64,000 nt of DNA from Mobula hypostoma (GCF_963921235.1 NC_086097.1:211360001-211424000), one strand, 5' to 3'; counted from the first letter of the stretch, positions 51,265 through 62,543 are shown. The notes: generated from the sequence alone by a model not told the origin. Translations and numbers: made by a program.

Positions 51265-52525
51265 TAGACCATGAGATATGGGAGCCAAATTAGACAACTT
51301 GGCCCATCAGGTGTGCTCCGCCATTCCGATATGTCTGATTTATTATCACTCTCAACCCCATCCTCCTGCCTTGTCGCTCTGATGCCCTAACTAACCAAGA
51401 ACTTATCAACCTCTTCTTTAAACATACTCAATGCCTTGGCCTCCGCAGCTGTCTGTAGCAATGAATTCCAGATTCACCACCTTCTAGCTAAAGAAATTCT
51501 TCTTCATCTCTGTTCTAAATAGAAGTCGCTCTATTTTGAGGCCGTGCCCTCTGGTCCTAGACTCACACACTATGGGAAACATCCTCTCCACCTCCACTCT
51601 GTCTAGGCCTTTCAATATTTGATGGGTATCAAAGAGATTCCCCCTCATTCTTATAAGCTCCAGTGAATACAGGCCCAAGGTCATCAAACACTCCTCTTAT
51701 GTTAACCCTTCCATTTCCAGAATCATTCTCTTGAACCTCCTCTGGATGCTTTCCAATGCCAGCATATCTTTTCGTAGATAGAGGGCCTTAAACTGCTCAC
51801 AATATTCCGAGTGCAGTCTGACCAATCTTTGTAAAGCCTCAACATCACATCACATCCTTGCTCTGATATTCTAGTCTTCTCAAAATGAATGCAAACATTA
51901 TATTTGCCTTCCTTACCACCAACTCAACTTGCAAATTAACCTTTAGGGAATCCTGCACAAGGACTCCCAAGTCTCTTTGCATTTCTAATTTATGATTTTT
52001 CTCCCTGTTTAGAAAATAGTCTACACCTTTATTCCTTCTACCAAAGTGCATGACCATACACATCCCTACACTACATTCATCTAGCACTTCTTTGCCCATT
52101 CTCCCAATCTGTCCAAGTCCTTCTGCAGACTCCCTGCTTCCCCAGCACTACCTCCCCTTCATCTATCTTTGTATCCTCTGCAAACTTGGCCATAAAGGCA
52201 GCAATTCCATCATCTGAATCATTGACATATAACGTGAAAAGAAATTGTCCCATTACCAGTCCCTGTAGAGCACCACTTGTCACCGGCAGCCACCCAGAAT
52301 AGGCCCCCTTTATTCTGACTTGTTGCCTCCTGCCAATCAGCCAATCTTCTATCTATGCTGGTGTCTTCCCTGTAATACCATAGGCTCTTATCTTGTTAAG
52401 CAGTCTCACATGTGACACCTTGTCAAAGGCCTTCCAAAAATCCAAGTAAACAACATCCACTGACTCTTCTTTGTTTATTCTGTCTGTTATTTCCTCACAG
52501 AATTCCAACAGATTTGTCAGGCAAG
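51265..52525 (-). mobile_element. CR1 LINE RT and 3' end
   Basis: AKFAEDTKI, RDLGVLVQDSLK, LGLYSLE, RTRGHGLKI. Confidence 0.9.
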
Positions 52526-52658
52526 TTCAACCTATTGTTTATGGCCATCTCAATGCTCCCTCTCACGAGAAAATCTGCAGATGCTGGAAGTTCAAACAAC
52601 ACACACAAAAAATGCTAGTGAACGCAGCAGGCCAGGCAGCATCTATGGGAAGAGGTAC

Positions 52659-52694
52659 AGTCGACATTTCGGGCCGAGACCCTTCGTCAGGACT
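52659..52694 (-). ncRNA. Minimal type I hammerhead ribozyme motif (one C>T change in stem III)
   Basis: Minus strand: AGUC-CUGACGA-A-GGGU CUCG GCCC-GAAAU-GUC-GACU. Confidence 0.7.
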
Positions 52695-53023
52695 AACTGA
52701 AAGAAGAGATAGTAAGACATTTGAAAGGGTGGGGGGGAGGGAGAGATCCAAAATGATAGGAGAAGACAGGAGGGGGAGGGATGGAGCTAAGAGCTGGAAA
52801 GTTGATTGGCAAAACGGATACGTGGCTGGAGAAGGGAGGGGATCATGGGATGGGAGGCCTAGGGAGAAAGAAAGGGTCCTCACCCTTCTCCAGCCTCGTA
52901 TCTCTTTTGCCAATCAACTTTCTAGCTCTTAGCTCCATCCCTCCCCCTCCAGTCTTCTCCTATCATTTCAGATCTCCCCCTCCCCCCCCACTTTCAAATC
53001 TCTTACTACCTCTTCTTTCAGTT

Positions 53024-53059
53024 AGTCCTGACGAAGGGTCTCGGCCTGAAACGTCGACT
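53024..53059 (+). ncRNA. Minimal type I hammerhead ribozyme motif
   Basis: AGUC (stem I), CUGACGA, A, GGGU-CUCG-GCCU (stem II), GAAAC, GUC cleavage triplet, GACU (stem I'). Stem III is reduced to the ACGU palindrome. Confidence 0.8.
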
Positions 53060-53144
53060 GTACCTCTTCCAATAGATGCTGCCTGGCCTGTTGTGTTCAC
53101 CAGCATTTTTTGTGTGTGTTGCATCAATGCTTCCTCTGTTTTAA

Positions 53145-53812
53145 TTAGATTAGATTAGATTAGATTCAACTTTATTGTCATTGCGCCGAGTACAAATTCA
53201 AAGCGAATGAAATGCAGTTGGCATCTAACCAGAGATGCAAAGAATAGTGTTATTTACAAAATAACTGCGAATAAAAAGTGCTACAGCACACAAATATAAA
53301 AGTACTGAGACAGTACAATACGGGTGCAATACTGTTTAGCGCTGTGATGAGTGGTTCGGCAGGGTCACAGCCTCAGGGAAGAACCTCTTCCTGTGCCTGC
53401 TGGTGCAGAAGCAGAGGCTTCTGTAGCACCTACCGGATGGGAGGAGAGTAAAAAGTCCATGGTTAGGGTGAGATGCATCCTTGATAATACTTTTTGCCCT
53501 GCCCAGGCAGCGTTTATGGTAGATGTTCTCAATGGTGGGCAATTGGGTGCCGATAATCTGCTGGGCAGTTTTCACCACACACTGGAGTGCTTTATGGTCC
53601 GATACGGGACAATTGCCATACCACACTGAGATGTAGTTGGTGAGTATGTCCTCAATGGTACAGCGGTAAAAGTCCGTCAGTATCCTGGGACAGAGGTGAG
53701 CTTTCTTGATGCTCCACAGGAAATAAAGGCACTGTTGCGCCTTTTTGATCAGGATGGAGGAGTTCAGGGACCAGGTGAGATCCTCGGAAATGTGGACACC
53801 AAGGAATTTGGT
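53145..53812 (-). mobile_element. Rex1/Babar LINE 3' fragment
   Basis: WYGNC...LQCVVKTAQQIIG...IIKDASHPNHGLFTLLPSGR; (TTAGA)n tail. Confidence 0.9.
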
Positions 53813-53875
53813 CCATTAATTCTATTAGTATGACCCTTCATATGTTTACAAGACTTCCATTAAATAGACCTAAAC

Positions 53876-54150
53876 CAAAAGGAAATCTGCAGATGCTGGA
53901 AATCCAAGTAATACACACAAAATGCTGGAGGAACTCAGTATGCCAGACAACGTCTCTGGAAAAGTGTACAGTTGATGTTTCAGGCCGAAACCCTCCATCA
54001 GGGGGAGGGCCCCATCCCACCCTCTTACCGTGTATCCTCATCTTTTTTTCTCCAGTACTAATGAAGGATCTTGGCCCGAAACATCAACTGTACCCTTTTC
54101 ATAGATGCTGCCTGGCCTGCTGAGTTCCACCAGCATTTTGTGTGTGTTGC
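53876..54150. mobile_element. Second Penelope-derived inverted pseudo-LTR pair (older)
   Basis: acacacaaaatgctggaggaactcag...gatgtttcaggccgaaaccctccatcagg and the inverted ...gaaggatcttggcccgaaacatcaactg...cagcattttgtgtgtgtt. Confidence 0.8.
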
Positions 54151-55128
54151 CTAAGCTATTCCCCATTATGTTTGTAAGTTTTACATTATCATTATTCTCT
54201 GGGTGAAGTTTCTTTCAAGTTCCCTACTTAATTTCTTGCTAACTGTCCTGTATTGATGGGCTCGCATTTCGTTCTTCCCAACAGCTGAAAACACTTTTAG
54301 GATGCCCTGGAGGGGATTGTGAAATATATCCTCTTTGGATTTTTATAATGCTATTTACATTGTAAATACATGCTGGAATTTATATATTCATGCACATTTT
54401 GTTCCATATCCTTACTTTAACCTCCAAAATTTACTTTTTGTATGCCTTTATTTTTTATAATTGTTGAATGTCATTGGTTTTTTTGTTTCATGTCGTGCCA
54501 ACACACTGCAGTGAATTCCTAATACATGGAAATGTATCTGGCTGATAAAATTGATCCTTGATCCTAGATCTAAGACCTGTATTATTCAGAATCCTTATTT
54601 GGAAACAATTCGGTGAAATTGCAATTTTTTTTAAATCAATAGTTCCACTTTTTTAACCGCTTTCATTTTTATTGATCTTGTAGAGAATTCAAGGTCTTGT
54701 GGGAAGTAATAGCATTTTGGAATGCTATTCCATGCTTCTTCTGGTCCTACCAGTTTATCAAAACTCCCACACCAGTATCTCTAGTTCCAGACCTGACCAC
54801 TGAAAGGAATGGAACCAGTGTCTCAGGAATTGGTCTTGTGGCACAGAAATTACTCCAATCTTCTCAATATTTAATTAGAGGAAACATTTGTCCATCCACT
54901 ACAGGACGTCTGACATGCTGAAAACACATCAGAGAATGTGCAGGGGGCTGGAGAGGTAATGGTGAGGCTCAGTTGGTCCTCATTAGATTATATGCAGGAC
55001 ATTTTTCAATGTTATGCAAACTGGCCCTTGTTATGAGGGATCTCTGCACCCTTCCTAAGTAATATATATGTATGCATGCTTGATGTATGTTACACACTGA
55101 CCTAAGATTATACTAATGCACACCCCCC

Positions 55129-55158
55129 CACACACACACACACACACACATACACACC
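55129..55158. repeat. (CA)n microsatellite
   Basis: Read directly from the sequence. Confidence 0.9.
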
Positions 55159-55989
55159 CCTCACGTTGTAATTAGATATAGTAAATTGTATCTCACATCT
55201 GGCTAGGTTCCATTTCCATGTGTATCAAGTTCAGATTTTGCATACGAGTGAACGATGTACAGCCAGTAGTAAGACGTGGGCTGCAGGACTTGTGGCTGGT
55301 CTGTGCTTGCCCTCCCCCCACATGCACATAACAGTATTTAGAGAAGTAGACTGAAAGTTGCATTCTGTCATAACCCTAAATATATAAAGGCCCAATAAAA
55401 GCAAATGTTTCTTTTTGTTTCTCACATTAACCAGTCCATGGTCTCAGTTGTCAATGAGATTGCAAACATATGGTAGATCAAGCATTCCCCCACATCCATG
55501 TTCCCTGGATATATTCCAGCAAGCAAAGGAAAAAAATCAAGCTGGATTTGAACCTGGTTTTCAGAACTAATCAATTCTTCAGCATATTTGTCATTGTTTC
55601 TTTCATTGGTACAGATTATGGAAAGACTGGTTTATTTTGCTCAGTTTTGTTGTTCCTGATTAACCTTGAGAGGTAAAAGAAATACTGACAACTCAAATTT
55701 AAGGTTTTCCCTTTTATTTAACATTATATATTTTTTCTTCTCTTCCTTTCTCTCCACAGGATGATTGCAGCTCCCCCAGCTCCTTTGTCTCCAAAGCCAG
55801 GTCCTGATTGGCAAGATCCTGCACATCTTTGACAGCCAATTGAACTACACTGTAAGCATGACAGCTGTCAAAACTGTCCAATGACTTTTCCTATCTCTGA
55901 CATTTGCAGCTTTAAGAATTAAAAATGTATTTGAAAAAGTAAAACTTCTTAAAATGTTAAATTTTTTTAAAGATTAAAAATAATTAAAT

Positions 55990-56411
55990 GTAACCCAGGC
56001 AACCTGTTCATATTCTATATCTTCACAGTATGGTCCGGGTCAATTTTGACCCGGCCCAAGAATCCTCTCATAACGAGTGTCTATACCAAATTTTGAACCA
56101 CAGATCTATTTAGAATGTATAAATAGCCTATCTGACATTAATAAATGGGTGATTAATCCTTAATTAATGTTTCAGAGATCTAAAATCCATTTCAATAGAT
56201 ACGGGTCAAATTTGACCTGGAACAGCCTCAATGTACAAAAGTTTGTAGCACCTGTACAGAAGCATAAGATTTTTAAGTATTTTCATTTTTGCACATTTTG
56301 GGTCACTTTAGGAAAAGTCATCAAATTTCGGCTTAAAAAATGGCATTTAGGGTGTTTTTACAGCTGTCAAATGTCAAAACAGGTCAAATTTGACCCAAAC
56401 AGTATGTAGGG
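55990..56411. mobile_element. piggyBac-like MITE (left end uncertain)
   Basis: Right end ...TATGTAGGG followed by TTAA; three internal palindromes ggtcaa(a/t)tttgacc at about 56038, 56203 and 56382. Confidence 0.55.
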
Positions 56412-57174
56412 TTAAGACCATAGAAAAAACTCAATATATCTAAATCATGAAACTAATAATAAGATACATTTAATTAACTAAAAATTGTGATTTTTCTGAA
56501 ACTCTCATCCCCCCGCCCAAGTGGTGTTTCCTATTTAAAAACATTGGAAAGTTAACCAGGGTAGGTGGGAATGGGTGCTAGAGTTACTAGTCTGACAAAC
56601 ATGATCTTACTGAGGGCCAGAACATGCTTGAAGGACCAAGAGACCAACGTTTCTCCAAAATTGAATGTCTTTTTAGAAGATTAGGCAGCAGATTTCCAGA
56701 CACAACTGTCTGGAAAGTTCAGGAAATTGGTGCTTCATTGCTAGACTCCATAAGGAGCCCAAAGTCAGAGAGCAATTCCAATGATGCCAATGATGATCTC
56801 TCAGGGAGTTTTGACTTGGGTGTTTGAGGAAATGGCCCTCAGACTCATCAATCTGCAGCCAACCTTTCCCCCCACCCCCACCCCCATACCATCGCACACA
56901 AGCCTCTGATTTAGTGTTCTTGCGCTGGGTTTCCACAGTATATTATTACTGTTACAATATGGACAAGTTCAGGCTGGAACAGAATGTTCCTGTCAAGGCT
57001 GGCATCTTTCGAAAAGATGTTATGTTTACAACATTATATTTGAGAATATTCAATTTAATTTCCAAATAATAAGCTTTTTCTCTAATGACTTAGTTACGTT
57101 GTCTGAACACATTGTCCTGACTTGATGTCATCCAAAGATACAAATTTGCATAGATAGAGTAGACAGCTGGTATG

Positions 57175-57840
57175 CAACACACACAAAATGCTGGAGGAAC
57201 TCCACAGGCCAGGCAGCATCTATGGAAAAGAGTAAACAGTCGACATTTCGGGCTGAGACTAGAGTTGCCAACTGTCCCGTATTAGCCGGGACATCCCGTA
57301 TATTGGGCTAAATTGGTTTGTCCCATACGGGACCACCCTTGTCCCGTATTTCCCCCACTAAGGTAGAGCGTTCCTATGAAACCTTTCGTGCCAAAATGGC
57401 ATAAAGCGAAGAAGCAATTACCATTAATTTATATGGGAAAATTTTTTGAGCATTCCCAGACCCAAAAAATAACCTACCAAACCATACCAAATAACACATA
57501 AAACCTAAAATAACACTAACATATAGTAAAAGCAGGAATGATATGATAAATACACAGCATATATAAAGTAGAAATAATGTATGTACAGTGGAATTTCACT
57601 GAACAGAATCGCCAAAACCAATTTGTAGAAAAAAAATCAGCACGTACACGTATGCGCACACAGGTGCCCGCGCAAGGCTTCATGGTCATGGTAGTCTTTC
57701 TCGGGGTAAACACAAGTGTCCCATATTTGACTGCTACTTTTGTCCCTTATTTGGGAGTGAGGAAGTTGGCAACCCTAGCTGAGACCCTTCTTTAGAACTG
57801 GAAAAGAAGGGGAGAAGTCAAAGTAAGAAGGTGGGGGAAC
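57175..57840 (-). mobile_element. Penelope-derived pseudo-LTR split by a hAT MITE
   Basis: acacaaaatgctggaggaactcc...agtcgacatttcgggctgagac / ccttctttagaactgg. Confidence 0.8.
57260..57777. mobile_element. hAT-family MITE
   Basis: TIRs TAGAGTTGCCAACT / AGTTGGCAACCCTA; perfect 8-bp TSD GCTGAGAC (57252-59, 57778-85); subterminal tcccgta repeats. Confidence 0.92.
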
Positions 57841-58234
57841 CAACAGAAAGATGTTGTTTTGGGGAATTATGCTGAAGACTTTGTAAAAATCTGTGTATGG
57901 GCATCTAGATTGTTAAAGGAGTGGGTTGAAATGAAACTAGCGTCCAACGTACATCGGCAGAAGTACTTGGGGAGAAATGTCTTGACTATTGGAGAGAAAG
58001 ACGGAGCAGGAGCAGGTTTTGGTATCAGTATGTTTTCTTGTGTTATTCCTCCTTCTCACTGATTCTCTGTACCTGATGTAGTGGTTCCCAGACCTACCGT
58101 TTCAGAGGCTGTGCCCCATCAATTTATGTTAGCAGTTTCAAACAAAATTTCACACAAAGCGGTATTGTTCACACTTTTAAAGTAAACTTTTCCTGCGGGA
58201 ATTAACACAAGAAGCTACTTTAAAATTTTGTTTA

Positions 58235-58463
58235 TGAAGCACCTTCAATTACTCCAAAAGACTGAGGTTTGGTAAAATACTGAAAGGCTTTTATTCGCTG
58301 TACAATACGACCTCCACAGTGAGTGTCTGCCTCCGGACTGAGGGGGAGGGGCAAGGCAAACACCTTTATACAGGACTCTGTGGGAGGAGCCATAGGGGCA
58401 GTCAGCAGAGGTGTGTGTCCAGACAGGTAACCCAGTTACAACATATATACATGGTTTACCACA
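58235..58463 (-). repeat. 3' LTR
   Basis: Differs from the 5' LTR by 8 substitutions and 1 indel (my count). Confidence 0.97.
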
Positions 58464-58480
58464 TTCACCCCTCCTTTTTT
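58464..58480 (-). other. Polypurine tract
   Basis: Minus strand AAAAAAGGAGGGGTGAA directly before the 3' LTR TGTGG. Confidence 0.9.
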
Positions 58481-58535
58481 AAAAAAAAAGAGTCCCGCGG
58501 GGTGAAGTGACTGACAATATTTACAAGAAGTATAT

Positions 58536-61500
58536 TTACAGGTTAAGTCTATCAGGCGGTCGAGTCCGTCGCTGTGATCTACGTAGCACCGGCGATGGCG
58601 GTTGTGCTGGCTTTGGCCTGACTTCAGGTGCCAGCACGTTAGGCGTCGGTAATCCCTCGTGCGTGTGCATCGCGCCCGGTATGGGAGTGTCGTGTGGTGT
58701 CTGTATAGAGTTTGGGGTGCACGGTGTCTTGTAGGTACATACATTGGTGGGTACGGGGTCAATAGTCACCACGGAGTGTTCAGTGTAGGGGCCTGGAGCT
58801 CCTGCGGGCACCAGGTCCCGGATGGAGACCGTGTCCTCCCGCCCATCAGGTAAAACCACGTAGGCGTACTGGGGGTTCGCATGAAGTAAGTGAACCCTCT
58901 CGACTATCGGGGAGTATTTATGGCTCCTCGCATGTTTCCGGAGCAGCACTAGCCCCGGGGACGTCAGCCAAGATGGTAGGGTGGTTCCAGTGGTCGATTT
59001 TCTGGGAAAAGAAAAGAGCCGCTCATGAGGGGTGGCATTGGTGGCCGTGCATAACAGGGAGCGGATGGAGTGGAGTGCCTCGGGAAGGACCTCCTGCCAG
59101 CGGGAGACCGGCAGTCCCTTTGACCTGAGGGCTAAGAGTGTGGCTTTCCACACTGTGCCATTCTCCTTCTCTACCTGTCCATTCCCCCGGGGATTATAGC
59201 TCGTGGTCCTACTGGTTGCAATTCCCCTAGCCAGTAGATATTGGCGCAGCTCGTCACTCATAAACGAGGACCCTCTGTCACTGTGGATATAGCATGGGTA
59301 TCCGAACAGAGTGAAGAGCTTGCGCAGGGCTTTTATAACTGACGTGGTAGTGGTGTCGGGGCAGGGGATGGCGAAGGGGAACCGCGAGTACTCGCCAATT
59401 ACGTTAAGAAAGTACACATTGCGGTCAGTGGAGGGAAGGGGGCCCTTAAAGTCAACACTCAGTCGCTCAAAGGGGCGGGTGGCCTTGATTAGTTGTGCCT
59501 TTTCGGGTCGGTAGAAGTGCGGTTTGCACTCTGCGCAGACTTGGCAGTCCCTGGTCATCATCCTGATCTCCTCAAGGGAGTAAGGCAGGTTCCGGGCTTT
59601 CACGAAGTGGAAAAGCCGGGTGACTCCCGGGTGGCAAAGGTCTACATGTAGGGCGTATAGCCGGTCGATCTGCGTGCTGGCACATGTTCCCCGGGATAGG
59701 GCATCGGAGGGCTCGTTGAGCTTCCCAGGCCTGTACATGATGTCATAGTTGTAGGTGGAGAGTTCGATTCTCCACCTCAGAATTTTATCACTTTTGATTT
59801 TGTTCTGCTGCTGATTATTAAACATGAACGCGACTGAGCGCTGGTCAGTTAGCAGGGTGAACCTTTTGCCGGCAAGATAGTGCCTCCAGTGCCTTATAGC
59901 TTCCACTATGGCCTGGGCCTCTTTCTCTGCCGCAGAGTGCCGAATTTCAGGGCCTTGAAGGGTACGGGAGAAGAACGCCACTGGTCTTCCTGCCTGGTTG
60001 AGGGTAGCAGCCAGCGCAAAGTCGGAGGGGTCACTCTCTACTTGGAAGGGAATGGCCTCATCCACCGCATGCATTGCTGCTTTGGCAATGTCCCCTTTTA
60101 TGCGGTTGAAGGCCGTGTGGGCCTCGGCAGAGAGGGGGAATGTGGTGGACTTGACCAGGGGGCGGGCCTTGTCTGCATAGTTAGAGACCCCTTGGGCGTA
60201 ATATGAAAAGAAGCCCAGGCACCTTTTGAGGGCTCTGAGGGTATTGGGAAGAGGGAGTTCCAACAGGGGGCGCATACAGTCGGGGTCAGGGCCAATGACT
60301 CCATTCTCCACGACACACCCAAGGATAGCAAGTCGGGTGGTCCCAAATACACACTTGTCCTTGTTATAGGTGAGGTTGAAAGATCTGGCCGCTTGGAGAA
60401 ATTTTTGGAGGTTGTTGTCGTGATCCTGCTGGTCGTGACTGCAGATGGTGATGTTATCCAGATATGGGAAACGTGGCCTTCAGTTGGCACTGGTCCACCA
60501 TCTGGTCCATTGCCCTCTGGAAGACAGATACACCATTCATGACGCCAAAGGGGACGCGCAGGAATTGATAAAGCCTGCCGTCCGCCTCGAAGGCAGTGTA
60601 AGGGCGGTCCTCCCGGCAGATGGGGAGCTGATGGTAAGCGGATTTTAGGTCTATAGTCGAGTACACCTTGTACTGTGCTATCTGATTGACCATATCCGCG
60701 ATGCGGGGTAGAGGGTACGCGTCGAGCTGAGTGAACCTATTGATGGTCTGGCTATAGTCCACGACCATCCTATTCTTCTCCCCGTTCCGAACAATGACCA
60801 CCTGCGCCCTCCAAGGACTTGTGCTTGTCTCAATGACCCCCTCCCTGAGCAGCCGCTGCACCTCCGACTTAATGAAAGCTCTGTCCCCCGCGCTGTACCT
60901 CCTGCTTTTAGTTGCCACGGGTTTACAGTCGGGGGTCAGGTTGGCGAACAGCGGTGGGGGAGGGATCCTGAGGCTGGAGAGGCCGCAAGTGGTGTTGGTA
61001 GTGTGGCAGTTGGCATGATGTTGGGTGGGATGCGCGGGTCGGTGTGTGTGTGTGGTCAGTAGCGGGGTACGTGACGTATCTCTACAAAACAGGGGATTTA
61101 TGACAGTAATTGGCGGGAGGGGCCCATCATACTTCATTGTCACGCTTTTCAGGTGGCTCTGGAAGTCCAACCCCAACAGCACAGGGGCACACAGTTGAGG
61201 CAAGACCAGTAACTTAAAGTCTCGATATTCTGTGCCCTGCACCACTAGCTTCGCTACACAACCCCCCCGGATGTCTGTTGTATGCGACCCGGAGGCCATG
61301 GTGACCCTCCGACTTACCGGCCGTATCATGAGTCCGCAACGCCGCACCGTGTCCGGGTGGATAAAACTCTGCGTGCTGCCTGTGTCAAACAGGCAGCTTG
61401 TCCTGTGCCCCTCCACCAGGATGTCCATCATTGACCTTGCGAGCTGGTGGGGAGCGCCTTGGTCGAGGGTCACGGAAGCCAGGGTGGGGTCGCTATCTTG

Positions 61501-62517
61501 GTCCGGCGCGGTGGGGTGGCCCGTGAGCACCTGTTGGTCGTAGGCGGTGGGAGGTGGTGCCGACCAATATGGCCGCCCCCATGTCTCGCACGTGGTGGTG
61601 GCGTGCAGGGAAGATGGCGGCAGGCAAGATGGCGACCCCCACGTCTCGCACGTGGTGGCAGTGTGCAGGGAAGATGGCGGCAGGGAAGATGGCAGCCCCC
61701 ATGTCTTGCACATGGTGGCAGTGTGCAGGGAAGATGGCGACCCCCACATCTCGCACGTGGCGCTGCTCGATCCCGCTCGCAGTTTTGACTTACAGACCTT
61801 GGCGAAGTGGCCCTTCTTTCTGCAGCTGGAACAGGTAGCTTGTTGGGCCGCGCAGCGTTTCCGGGGGTGCTTCTCCAGTCCGCAGAAGTAGCACTTCGCG
61901 GACTCACGACTGGCTGCAGCCGAGGTCGATTCGCCGGCGGGTTGCGGGGTCTGCGGCGCCCACGAGGCCATCGGGGGATCGCATGCCTGGAGAGCCTCGG
62001 AGTTATGCAGAGCGGCCTCCAACGTATCAGCCAGCTCGATCGCCGAACTTAGGGTAAGATCGGCTTTTTCCAGCAGCCGCTGGCGCACGTACACTGACCT
62101 GGTCCCCGTGACAAAGGTGTCCCTCACTAGGAGTTCTGCATACTGCACCGCCGTCAGCTCCTGACAATTGCAGGCTTGCACGAGCGTCCGTAGGGCCTGG
62201 ATGAACTCAGCACTCGATTCCCCGGACCGTTGTTGCCGTGTCACTAAACGGTGCCGAGCATAGACACTGTTTATCGGCCGCAGGAATTGTCTTTTGAGTG
62301 TGTTCATCGCGCCGTCGTAGTTCGGCTGGTCTCTGATCAGCGAATAGACCCGTGGACTGACCCTGGAGAGTAGAACTCTGCGCTTCGCTACGGGGTCGGT
62401 CGCTTTAATCTCCTCTAGATACGCTTCGAAGCAGGCCAGCCAGAGTTCGAAAGCATTTCCAGTGTCGGGCATTTGCGGATCGAGGTCCAATTTTTCTGGT
62501 CTCAGGGCCTGTTCCAT
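58536..62517 (-). CDS. Gag-Pol polyprotein (two CCHC knuckles, aspartic protease, RT, RNase H, integrase) broken by one extra base at about 60470
   Basis: CYFCGLEKHPRKRC and CSSCRKKGHFAKVC; LFDTGS; VDYSQ, YPLP, IDLKSAYHQ, PFG, then YLDN after the frameshift; RNase H ESDPS/EKEAQA/TDQ/DALSR; integrase HVDLCH..CQVC, VDFKG, HSDRG, NGQVE; C-terminal RRSQRRTRPPDRL. Confidence 0.95.
61565..61760. repeat. In-frame tandem repeat (about 60-bp unit) in the gag-protease linker
   Basis: Encodes C(E/K)(T/M)WG(S/L)PS..PSSLH repeats; DNA contains 5 copies of AAGATGGC and 3 of CACGTG. Confidence 0.9.
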
Positions 62518-62526
62518 GTTTTAAAA

Positions 62527-62542
62527 TGTACAGCGAATAAAA
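62527..62542 (-). promoter_or_regulatory. Non-tRNA primer-binding site complementary to the element's own LTR
   Basis: Minus strand TTTTATTCGCTGTACA, 1 nt after the 5' LTR, is the exact reverse complement of LTR segment 62598-62613; no TGG. Confidence 0.8.
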
Positions 62543-62543
62543 C

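Larger units (their letters stand above)
52564..53123. mobile_element. Penelope-derived inverted pseudo-LTR pair (young)
   Basis: About 52597-52830 and about 52890-53120 are inverted copies; 14-bp TSD tcaatgct(c/t)cctct (52550-63, 53124-37). Confidence 0.85.

Noticed and set aside
56624..56827. Short plus-strand ORF in unique DNA
   Set aside because: No recognisable domain and no convincing splice-site pair.
58536..58760. Possible chromodomain or env after integrase
   Set aside because: The C-terminus is a Pro/Thr-rich linker ending in RRSQR..PPDRL; no chromodomain motif and no room for env before the PPT.
61232..62052. Several overlapping plus-strand and alternative-frame ORFs (e.g. KMAAGKMAT repeats)
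   Set aside because: By-products of the GC-rich gag sequence and the AAGATGGC tandem repeat; no independent coding signal.
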